From Pseudovirgaria hyperparasitica (taxonomy: Eukaryota): a stretch of 64,000 nt of DNA. Location: assembly GCA_010093815.1 (NCBI GenBank), contig ML996569.1; one strand, 5' to 3'. Shown here piece by piece: positions 27,282 through 38,400 of this stretch. A program made the position numbers and the translations under genes. Every line of letters starts with the position of its first letter. Position 1 is the stretch's first letter. The notes below the pieces were generated by a model that was not told where the DNA came from, made no database searches, and saw nothing but the letters and a program-made list of their open reading frames with translations.

Positions 27282-29397
27282 ATGGTCACTTCTGGAGGGC
27301 TGAAACTGTTGCGTTCCACATGGCAAGCCTGGAAGAAGCTTATCGGCCAGCCTGATAATCTGCATGAAGCATTTGTCCGGACGGAGAACCAAAGAGGCGT
27401 ATATATCGAGTTAGACCAGAGCGACCGAGATGATGTTGAATTGTATGACATGGCGAATCATGGGCAACCAGCGGCTGAGTACGTATCTGTGTTTCATCAT
27501 TGTCTTTGTTGTCAAAAAGCTTAGGCAGCGGGGTTCGGTCACATGTCACAAATATATATATTGCTGTATCACACTGATATAGAAAGGCACTTACTGGGAA
27601 CAGATCGCATGGCACCAGAACTATATCGCGACGAGAGTATAACCGAGCTGTGTATGGTGATTCTATAGCAGAGGGATCCTTCGACAGCAAGCCGTCATTG
27701 CCCGATAACTCCACAGTCGACGAACCGACAGAAGATGAAAAACATACACTTCGTAAAGTGCCAGACAAACTGCCGCACAGCGCCTTCATGGTTGCTATCG
27801 TTGAGCTATGTGAACGGTCAGCCTTCTATGGCCTTTCTGGCCCATTCCAAAACTACATTGCAAACAAATACCACGACCCCAACGGTCTCCCTGGCGCAAT
27901 CGGGTTGAATCAAGCCGGTGCAACAGGTCTGACTAACTTCTTTCAGGTACGTAGTGCAATTCTATCAACATCTCTTGCATCTAACAGAACCAGTTCTGGT
28001 GCTATATCACTCCTATCATTGGTGCTGTTGTTGCAGACCAGTATCTCGGCAAGTACCTCACTATCGTTTACTTTTCCGTCATTTACATCGCCGGCCTGAT
28101 AATTCTCTTCGTCACATCTCTTCCCTTCGTCATCGAGCGTGGAGCCGCTCTTGGTGGTCTCATCGCAGCGATGGCTGTCATCGGCCTGGGTACAGGCGGC
28201 ATCAAAGCTAATGTGTCCCCACTCATTGCCGAGCAATATACAAACACTCGCGCTACCATCCGCGTGCTCAAGTCCGGCGAACGTGTGATCGTAGATCCGG
28301 CCATCACCATCCAGAGGATATATATGATATTCTACCTGTGCATCAACCTCGGCTCGCTTTCGCCCATCATCACAACCAACCTAGAAAAACACGTCGGTTT
28401 TTGGAGTGCATACCTCGTCCCCCTGAAACTCTTCGTTCTCGGCTTTTTCGTCCTCATCTCCGGCAAGAAACACTACGTCGTACGCCCTCCACGCGGCTCC
28501 ATTATCATCGACTGTTTCCACGCCCTCCTCATCGCCCTACGCAATCACGGTGATATCGACGCTGCGCGTCCCTCGACACTTCCCGGGCGTTCCGTAAACT
28601 GGGACGAACAATTCATCTCGGAGCTCAAAATTGCGATCGCTGGGTGCAAGGTATTTCTCTTCTACCCGTTCTACTGGGTTGTCTGTATCCAAATGAGCAA
28701 CAACTTCGTGTCGCAAGCCGGTCAAATGGAGCTACACGGCATCCCCAATGATGTCATGCAGAACATCGACCCAATCACCATCATCATCTTTATTCCTATC
28801 CTCGACCGCGTCGTATACCCGGCACTGCGCAGGCTTGGTATCCAATTCAAGCCCATGACACGCATCTTCTTCGGCTTTCTTCTCGGAAGTGCCGCAATGG
28901 CGTATGCCGCCGTCGTGCAGCATATGATATACAGCCGTGCACCATGCTATGACACGCCCCTCGTGTGCACTGCGGGCCTCAATGTGGACGGCTCGTACGC
29001 GCCAAATAAGATCCACGTTGCGGCGCAGACCCCTGCGTACTTTTTTATCGCGCTGTCCGAGATCTTCGCTGCTGTCACAGGGCTTGAATATGCATTCACC
29101 AAAGCGCCTACTAGTCTCAAATCGTTCGTCATGAGTCTGTTCCTGCTGACAAATGCATTTGGGGCGGCATTGGCGGCGGCGATCAGTCCACTGAGTGTAG
29201 ATCCGAAACTGGTATGGATGTATGCGGGGTTGAGTGTTGCCTGTTTTGTAGCGGGGATGGTCTTCTGGAGGCTGTACAGTAGGTATAATAGTACGGAGGA
29301 GGAGTGCAGCGAATTAGAAAAGATACCAAAGAGCCCGGAACCATTCCGAGTGACGAGACGGAGCTTTGAGGATTCGAGAGAAGACAGGGAGGAGTGA
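27282..29397 (+). CDS. PTR2: POT/PTR-family di/tripeptide transporter (start uncertain: 27282 or 27450)
   Basis: IVELCERSAFYG, GTGGIKANVSPLIAEQY, FYLCINLGSL and GLEYAFTKAP; introns 27479-27582 and 27947-27993. Confidence 0.92.
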
Positions 29398-29699
29398 GTT
29401 TGTGGAGACAGTAAAATCCTTCCGACTTCTAGGAGAATTATTGGCTACAATACTCTCTCAATCGCCTGAAGCTTAAACGTCTGGTGACACATGTAGCATT
29501 GCTGCTAGAATTATCATTCATAAGACATACATTTGTCCTCTTATATGTATCAATCATCCGGACTGGTATATGAATAGTATAGTCCTCTTGCGTTATACAT
29601 TGATCTGCACAACGATCATAAATTGCTCCGGCTAAGCGGCCCCGCATCCCTGCAGTATCCTTAGCATGACTAATCACTCACCATCAGGAGCTGTAGTCC

Positions 29700-30551
29700 C
29701 TACTGTATATCCGATAAAAACTTTATTATGTCGTTGGCCACTTTATCAGGCTTCTCAACGACGATCCAGTGCCCGCACTGCTCGTACACTTCCAGCCTCT
29801 TCTTTCCTTCTGGAGTTCCTAGCTCTTTATGTATTCGTTCACTCATGGCTTTTGGCGCTGCGTAATCTGAGTCACCAGCGATGATCAACACCGGCTGTTT
29901 AATGTCGCCGAATCGTGGCGGCTGAGCGCTTGCAATGACCCTACAATTCGAGATGTAACCTTCTGCCGTGTTGCCGAGAATAAGTTCGCGGATGAACGCT
30001 CGTACGAGAGGATGTGTGGAGGGATGCGTTGCTGCTTCAGGGACAGTGTTGGCCATGGCTTCTATACCAGAATCTTGCACGGTCGCGATGCGCTTCTCAA
30101 AGATTGGGGCGAGATCTGGACTAGGATAGACACTGCCGATGAGGACGGCTGAGGAGAAGCGTGTAGGATGAGAAGCGGCGAGGTGAGCGGCGATGAATCT
30201 GGAGAGAAGATTAAGCATATGAGAACTATTCCGTGTGAATAGAACATACCCGCTCATGCTATGCCCGACAACAACAGCTCTCTCAATTTTGAGTGCGTCC
30301 ATGAGCCCGACAACGTTTGCTGAAAGACTGTCTCTACTCTGTTCGACCTGTGTGTATGAACTACGACCGGCCCCGGTGTGGTCTGGGGCGATGCATCGAT
30401 ATCCATTCTTCGCGAGCTCTGGTATGATAGCATGGTAATAGTTCTGAGAAGAGCCGAGGCCATGAAGCAGAACAAGTGTCTCGCGAGTGGATTCGCTCAA
30501 TGCTGTATCGGAGTAGTGGACTCGTGTGGAGTTCACCAGAAGGAAAGGCAT
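29700..30551 (-). CDS. Alpha/beta hydrolase (3-oxoadipate enol-lactonase-like)
   Basis: LHGLGSSQN, GHSM nucleophile motif, AGDSD and CGHW. A 51-nt in-frame intron (GTATGT..CAG, ~30199-30249) is read through by the ORF track. Confidence 0.88.
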   Translation of the reverse strand: MPFLLVNSTRVHYSDTALSESTRETLVLLHGLGSSQNYYHAIIPELAKNGYRCIAPDHTGAGRSSYTQVEQSRDSLSANVVGLMDALKIERAVVVGHSMSGYVLFTRNSSHMLNLLSRFIAAHLAASHPTRFSSAVLIGSVYPSPDLAPIFEKRIATVQDSGIEAMANTVPEAATHPSTHPLVRAFIRELILGNTAEGYISNCRVIASAQPPRFGDIKQPVLIIAGDSDYAAPKAMSERIHKELGTPEGKKRLEVYEQCGHWIVVEKPDKVANDIIKFLSDIQ

Positions 30552-30832
30552 TTCAGATAGGCTGATGGACCAAGAAGGGTGAAGCAATTGAATATACTAT
30601 GGCGAAGGTGCATTGTTGACATGACGTCTGGAAGGACTGACACCGGGAGCTAGTCACTTTTGGGCCGAGGGGTATTGCAGACCAAGGCTAACCAGATTCA
30701 TCGAAACACCACGCATCGCCCTGACTAGGCCGTATGCGGTGTATGTTGAGAACTTTGCTGGCTTCAATCTAAGAAGCGTCTTACCCATAGTACCGACTAT
30801 AGCAATCGAGTTGCTCGATACGATCACTCAGT

Positions 30833-31900
30833 ATGGCTAAGCGGGTGGACGCTCCTTTGTCATGGCAAGCCGACCAATTCCAGGACCTTAGTGGCACATC
30901 TTCGTCCACTCAAAAATTCGACAACCCGTATGATGTACTGATACACGGCTCCAACAACGATGCTGTAAGGGGCCTTCGACCACTGTGGAATCTTGACTGA
31001 AACTCAGTTTCATCGTAGGCGCTCATACAAGAACGGTACAGCAACCATCGGACGGGTCGAAACCAGCAGCAACGAGCGAAGTTACTGAGCAACGATTTTG
31101 CAGGTGTCAGCGTTGATCCAGTTCTATACAACCTAGTCAATGATTCATCATACAAAGACCCGCGGTATTGCCTTGTCTTTTGGGCCAGGCCAACCCAGCA
31201 TGTCAAGAATCTTATCAAGCAGATTCAAGACATGATTGCTGCAGACTTTCCAAGTGAGCATACTACAGTGGCCCTGACCGTGTACTAAGATAGAGTAGAG
31301 TTATGGTTTATGCCCCAAACTTGTCTGCACATGACGACTTTGGAGATTACTCACTCCCGCACAGAAGCAGATGTCGCCCAACTCGTGGATGGCATTCTAC
31401 CTGGAGTCACAGAGCTAACAGACTACACTTTCGATCATCGTGCACGCCTGATAAAACCCCTCATGAGCTTTGATGCCTCAGCATTTGCCCTCAGTTTTAT
31501 TCCAGCCGCCGGTGAAAATCTTTCAGATGGCCGGACGGCATCAGATGACAAGTACACTTACCATCATCTGCGCCGCGACGTGTATAATCTCTCGAAGAAG
31601 CTTGTGGATGTAGATTCGCGATATACTGTACCATCAAGTCACCTGACTGTTGGTCGCTTCATCGATAAGGATGCTTTCAGCACGGCTGAAGGCACACCCG
31701 ATGCTGAGAAGATGAAGAAGCTCGTCCAAAAGTTTGACGAGATCAATGATTGGCTACAGAGAGAATACTGGCCGACTTCAGATGGTCGTATCAAAGAGGG
31801 CGGAGAATGGATCGTCGGACAGACGCAAGGTCTTGATTTCCGCCGCGGCACACTGTGGTATGGAGGGGGAGCGAGTGTCCGTCTAGGAAAGGGATTCTAG
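30833..31900 (+). CDS. Conserved fungal 2H-phosphoesterase-like protein (RNA ligase/cyclic phosphodiesterase fold), 3 exons
   Basis: Exons 30833-30964, 31019-31253 and 31299-31900; DPRYCLVFWARP and two HxT motifs (LHMT, SHLT). Confidence 0.8.
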
Positions 31901-32332
31901 AGATCATCCTTGATGGTCTCGAAGTCTCGAAGTCCTAAGAAGAGGTGCTACAGAAGAATTCTAGAGACCCCCTCTAGTTCATCGTGCATCCTGCTCATCG
32001 CCATCTCGCTACTAAATGGGGTGGTATACGCAGGAGATCTTCACGTCTTCGCTGTAGGCAAATCGTACAGGTATCGCAACCGTCATGCAAGGAGCAATCC
32101 CAGGTGATCGAAGCACGCCACTTACTAAATCCAAACTATGAGAAAGGACATAATTTCTTGGTGAGACGGTCAAGTGAACGCGGAGGTAGCTCCTGCCAAT
32201 ATGTATTCACTAGAAACACTTTCACCACACTGTTAGCCACTGTTCAACAATATTAGAAACTAGTTCAACCTGGTCCGTGGGACTTTGCTCACATGTTACC
32301 TCCCAAGCGAGTGATCGAACATCATCTTCACA

Positions 32333-33001
32333 ATGTATGCTACACCATTCTCTGAATGGAAGAACAATCCCTCACCGCACAGACTGTCCGCATATAGGTT
32401 CCTCAGTCCTCCCGCCACTGATGTATCTCAACCTCATCACCAAGACTCATTCCCAATCGATCACAAGAAACTGAACTTCACCACAAAGCCCAACATGCCT
32501 CTACCTCTCGACGACCCCGACTGGGAACAATACTCAATCAAACCTGGCGTCCCATTCACGATAGCCAAGTCCACCGATACTATTCACCCCACCGTCCTTG
32601 ATAATCACACCGACATAATTACCAATGCCCCGCCCTCCACAGTCATAAAGTACATCCTCGATTGGCTTTGCCATTTCAAACACATGAACCATCTCTCCAA
32701 GCCCGAAGACTTCTTCAAAGCTTTCGATAAGCCCGTACGATGCGCCCATAAATGGGAGGATGACCCTGACAGACGGTGTCCTTCATTTTGGGGTAAGGGG
32801 CTCAGTATAGGGCGAGAGAGAGTCTTTACGGCGATTCTGAGCCGGTACGGAGCGGGACTGAGCAAGACACTGGTTGAAAGGAAGGTAACTTGGAATGGTG
32901 GTGCAGAGTCGGTAGTAACCATGTACCGTGATCATCGGCCAGCAGAAATTACAATAAGGAGGTTGAGTCTTGGGCGACATGGAGATTGGATTTGGAATTG
33001 A
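32333..33001 (+). CDS. Hypothetical protein next to the repeat block (start may be ~32494)
   Basis: 222-codon ORF of ordinary composition; no family recognised. Confidence 0.45.
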   Translation: MYATPFSEWKNNPSPHRLSAYRFLSPPATDVSQPHHQDSFPIDHKKLNFTTKPNMPLPLDDPDWEQYSIKPGVPFTIAKSTDTIHPTVLDNHTDIITNAPPSTVIKYILDWLCHFKHMNHLSKPEDFFKAFDKPVRCAHKWEDDPDRRCPSFWGKGLSIGRERVFTAILSRYGAGLSKTLVERKVTWNGGAESVVTMYRDHRPAEITIRRLSLGRHGDWIWN

Positions 33002-34014
33002 CATGTGAACAAGTGCGTATGAAGGAACTGGAGAAAGCTATGAGGGAGTAATCAGAGTTGCTAGGCTAAACATGGCCACCTACGTCGCTTAATGCGAGAC
33101 TCGTCGTCTTGCTCAGCTACGACGTGACGAGAAAGCAAACTCAGCGTTTCCGCGATAGCTGAGTAATCTGTTGGGAGCGGGAAGTCGTGAGAGAGACAGT
33201 GTGATTCCACCATCTACGCCCTCTAGGGTTGGTAGTAGTAGCAGACGAGTCCAAAAGCTTGCATACTTGAGCTCCATTTGGCTATAACATCACTATTATA
33301 AGTAGAAAGTAGACGTGATTGAGGTCATTGAATGTATTCTATAATTATGTGTAGAGAACTAAGTTCTAGGAGACAGAGTCGAAGCTATTTAACCGTTTAG
33401 ACACTAGTCCCGTTTAGGAAGTAGTATCTCTTACTTAAAGTACCTTCTAATAACACTCCCCTATACTAAGTATATATATATATACTTAGTAATATTAGAA
33501 TAAAGGAAAGCTTAAAGTAAGTAATAGTAAGAGATAGTACTAAAAGAATAAAGGAAAGAGAGATATAAGAGAAATAACTAAGAGAGAAACGGCTGTAAGT
33601 AAGATAACTCTACTATAAACTAATTATCGTCTTTATTTAATTTAGTAGTAGTAAGGGTAGTTCTTTTATTCCTATATTAGTAATATTATTATAACTTATA
33701 ATATACTATATAGATATAACTCTATTAGTAAATAATTCTTAAACTATATAATAGTATATTATAATATATTTAGACTATACTATAATTTACTAGTTTTAGA
33801 TAAGAGCTATTATAGCTTAATTATCTATAAGAAGATAGAGAACTAGAATATTATAATTTATAAAGATCTCTTTTATATCTAGTAGAGCCTACTATAAGTA
33901 ACTTATAGCCTTTAAGTAGGCTATATACTCTACTTTATATATCGACTTAGTAATATATGATTATCTCTTACTATTCTAGGCTACTAAGCTTCTATTTAAT
34001 TAAAGGATATATAC

Positions 34015-34786
34015 TATTAGACACGTGGCCTACCAAGTAATTACACATGTATATAGTAGTTATATATAAGTAGTTGTAAGGAGGTAGGCTCCACGCACTA
34101 ACTAACTATACTAAAAGGACCGAATCTTAAAGCTACTACTTCAAGGGTAGAGCATACTACTTATATATAACTACTATATATATATAGAATCAACTAGTAG
34201 GCCACGTGCTCCTTATGTACCTAATATTATCTCCCTTCTTAAAGGCGCGTGTCCTTACGCGTTATGGGCATGCTACCTTATAAAAGATAAACTAAACTAG
34301 CCGTAACGGGCCTAGTATACGCGCTAGCCATACTAGGCCTAGTATAAACTATATATATATAATCGATATTCGTAATACCGCCTCTAGTACTAGATACGCT
34401 AACTTACTATAGTAACGTTACTACTATATTATCTATTATATATATAAAGTATATATAATATAGTAAGCTAAATAGAATCGTATAAAATTTAATAATAGTT
34501 AACTAGACCGAGAGTTAAACCCGTAACCCTATAGTAGCTTTAAGATTATATAAGGAGGCGGGCTCTATATACTAACTAACTATACTAAAAGGACCGAATC
34601 TTAAAGCTACTACTTTAAGGGTAGAGTATACTACTTATATACGACTACTATATACATGTAGAATCAACTAGTAGGCCACGTGCTCCTTACGTGCCTAATA
34701 GTAGTATACTCTACCCTTAAAGTAGTAGCTTTAAGATTCGGTTCTTTTAGTATAGTTAGTTAGTATATAGAGTCTATCTTCTTATA
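34015..34786 (+). mobile_element. Solo LTR of the TRIM family, split by a TRIM insertion
   Basis: 34015-34074 plus 34706-34786 rebuild the LTR seen at 35114-35253; flanked by TSD TATAC (34010-34014 and 34787-34791). Confidence 0.85.
34075..34700 (-). mobile_element. TRIM (miniature non-autonomous LTR element), copy 1, 626 bp
   Basis: 152-bp direct repeats 34075-34226 and 34549-34700; 322-bp non-coding interior; minus-strand PPT beside 34226; TSD GTAGT (34070-34074 and 34701-34705). Confidence 0.9.
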
Positions 34787-35479
34787 TATACGGAGGTAGA
34801 CTTAGTAGTATTAGAATCTAAACCCTAAGAAGTATCCGAGAATATATTAATTTCTATTATATCTTTAGACTTCTTTAGTATAAGATATTAGTTAATAGTA
34901 TACTTAATATATTATAATATACTAAAGGCTATTTAAGTATATTACTCTAATAGATTTATATTAAAAGTAGTATATATTCTAACTATAAAGGTAAGATCTA
35001 GACGTGTACTAGTAATAAGATAATTAAGTAACCTAATTAGTTATATATATATAAGCTAGTATTCTTAATTAATAATTTCTTCTAATCTTATTAGAAAGGT
35101 ATTTATATTAACTTATTAGGCACGTGCCTACTAGTTAATTATACATGTATATAGTAGTTATATATAAGTAGTATACTCTACCCTTAAAGTAGTAGCTTTA
35201 AGATTTAGTTCTTTTAGTATAGTTAGTTAGTATATAGAGCCCGCCTTCTTATATAATCTTAAAGCTACTATAGGGTCACGGGTTTAACTCTTAGTCTAGT
35301 TAACTATTATTAAATTTTATATGATTCCGTTTAGCTTACCACGTTATATATACTTTATATATATAATAGATAATATAGTAGTAATATTATTACGGTAAGT
35401 TAGCGTGTCTAGTACTAGAGGCGGTATTACGAATATTAATTATATATATATAGTTTATACTAGGCCTAGTGTAGCTAGC

Positions 35480-38400
35480 TATAAAGAGTAAAGACGTAGG
35501 ATAGTAGTCTAACAGTTTATAGAGAGACATAGGAATGTATTTATAGAGTAATCTTACTCTTATATAAGGTTGATTCCTAACAAGTAGGAATCGGTTTATA
35601 TAGTCTACTTATATAGTAACCTCGCTTAACTTAGCTAACTTAACCTAGCTCTAGCCACTACGTGGCTATATAGATTAGAATAGTCTATATAGGTCCGTTA
35701 TAGTTCCCGTCCTAATAATATCCTTCTTCTTTTTATACTTCGCCCTAAAGTACTTAAGTATATATAATTCTAAGTCTCTATAATCTATTATATACCTATA
35801 TATCTATAACTAAGTTCCTATAACGTTATAACTATCCTTAATATAGGTGAACTCGAGATTCTAGTTTACTTTTATTAGTTTATACACGCGCTTATCCCTT
35901 ACTTCGTGGCTACTACCTAGGACACGTAATCGCTACTTTAGTCGAGTATATATTTAGCTTCGCTCGCCTTTAATTTTATTCTCTAGTATATCTATCTTAC
36001 TCTTAAGGTAAGTCGTTAATTCATATACTATCTTCCCTAGTTTAGGTTTAGAAGGGTCTATAGTAGTCTATTCTTATTAGAACTAGTCCTATATAACCTA
36101 TTCGCGTTATTATAGTTACTGATTTAGCTTCGTTAATCGCTATTAAGGGTAGATGAATATTCCTTCCTTAGATCTCTAGCTAATATATATATATAGATAT
36201 CTAATACTAGTCCTATCTCTAAGCCTACCTCCTCCTCTTATAAGACTCGCTCTAAAGGCATCGCCTCCTCCCTAGCTACGCCGGCTAAGAAGCCTACCTA
36301 TCGCGGTAGTATAAAGGCGCGCTCTAAGTCGGAGAAGAGAGTAGCTAGGGCTACTACTACTACTACCTCTACCACTAATATAGCTACTAGTCGCTCTAAT
36401 CTAGGTAATCCTAGTACTAAACTTATGGATAAAGTGGTTATAGGTTCTCCTCTTACTCTAAAGCGCACGCCGTCTACTCTACCTCCTCTAGAGGATAAAG
36501 AAGATCTTATTATAGACGATAATCGCGAGCCCTTACGCTTACCTACGCCGCCGTCTTACCGCTCTTCCTTCCGGTCTAATATAGACTAATTTAGTCGCTC
36601 TAGGTCCTTTTAGGACCTTAATATTTACTCTAAACCCTAGTCTACTAATAATAAGGTCTAGGTCGCCGAGGATACTAAACGTGGTTATAGTTTACGCTAT
36701 AGAAAAACGGCGAACTACGGTTTAATATACTATAAGTATATTAAGAGCTATATAGCCGGCTCTAAATATCTCTTTCGCTCTAACTCTAGTATTAGCTACT
36801 ACTCTACTAACCGCGATGGGCCTATACGCCCTATCTTTACTCTATCTACCCGCTACCGCCGCTATACCGTAACTAGTAAGACTTATCTATAGATAAGTAT
36901 AATAGGCTATCTTAATCTAGTATAATCTAAAGTAGTCCGCGCTAATATATTCTTAGGTTCCTATATATATATAAGATATATATAACGACCTTCGCGTCCG
37001 CGAGACCCTCGGGGGTCCTTATAGCCGCCTATCTACTATATAGAGGGAGTTTAGGGAGCGCTATAAGCTCTTTCTAGAGGTTATTAAAGTATAAGTTACG
37101 AGCACGTTAATTATTTTTAACACCCGTTGATTTTTCTAGCCGCCGCGAGATCCCTAGCGCCTAGGCTATCTATTCTAGGGAGTCTATTCTAGCTATAGAG
37201 GCCGTAAAGAGGATTTACTCTATCCCCCTCTATCCGTCTCACGCTACTAACGGATCTTATAAGAGGTCTACTATTTCTCCCTCTAAGTCGCCTTATAAGA
37301 GGGTATATATTCCCTTCTAGATTATTCTAGATTATATTAGCTAACTTTAGACCTAGTCGCTGCGCTCCGGCGCTTAAGGCTCTTCCCTCTAGGCTCTAAT
37401 AGATCGGGTTATTACTCTAGAGGCTAAGGTTATCGTTCTCCGCCGCTATATCGTGCGGTTAGAGAGGACTATACTAGAGGTTAGGACGGATAATAAGATA
37501 GAGGAGTAGCTCTATAGTTCTAGCTCTATATATTAGCTCTATACCTAGCTCTATATATTCTAGATCTACTATAGATGGTGCGCGCCGGCTCTATTTACCT
37601 AGCATTTATCCGTTTTAGTCCTTTTTAGACCGTTTAGATACCTATTAGCTAGTTTCTAGTAATTTAATTCTTAACTTAATAATATTATATGTACGCTCGC
37701 TTAGCTTATAACTATCGGTTTCTATATTCTAATTTTCCTTAAGTCATCTAAGTATGGGCACCGTATATAAATTAGTTTATCTCTATAAATTCTATTAGAG
37801 TACCCGAACTAGTAGCCTAGTAGTTATTAGTTCGGGTACTCTAATCTTTTATATTTTATATTAAGAGTTTAATTCTATGGTAGGGTACCTTTTTTTAGGT
37901 TCTTAGTCCTATGTTTTTCTCGTATATAATAGTCTATATTAGTCTATTCTAGACTCTTCTATATTATTCTATTATAGTATATCGCGTCGCGTTCCTAAAA
38001 TAGTTATTTATGCTTTCTTCGCGTCTAGTAACCGTATAACGCTTAAATTATAGGGCTGCTATATAGAGTTTTCCTAGTGCGCGTCTAGATTTCCTAGTTT
38101 AGTACTTCGTTCTCTATGGTATCCTTCTTCTTTTTATAACGACCGTGACGTTACTATACTTATATTAATAATACGCTATTCTATATCTTTTACTTATATA
38201 TAGCCATTATAGAACTTAAGATATATACCGCTAGTTCCCAGGTATTCTCGTCCTTAGTATAGTCCTTCTAACGGATTCTATATTTCTAAACACCGTCTTT
38301 ATTAATCCTATGTTTGATAATATGGTCCACTTCGAACACGTCTAGTCTATCTTAGGGTATAATAGAGTGTAACTACACGTTCGTGCGGCTATACACGTTA

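Noticed and set aside
33464..33491. Perfect palindrome centred on (TA)n
   Set aside because: Expected in RIP-saturated TA-rich DNA; single occurrence.
34015..35253. Clustered direct and inverted ~150-bp repeats resembling an array or MITE
   Set aside because: Fully explained by TRIM LTRs in two orientations with TSDs; not CRISPR or TIRs.
35758..35770. TATA-like box upstream of the antisense gene in copies 1 and 2
   Set aside because: The less-mutated copy 3 reads TACACGCAAA here, so the TATA is a RIP product.
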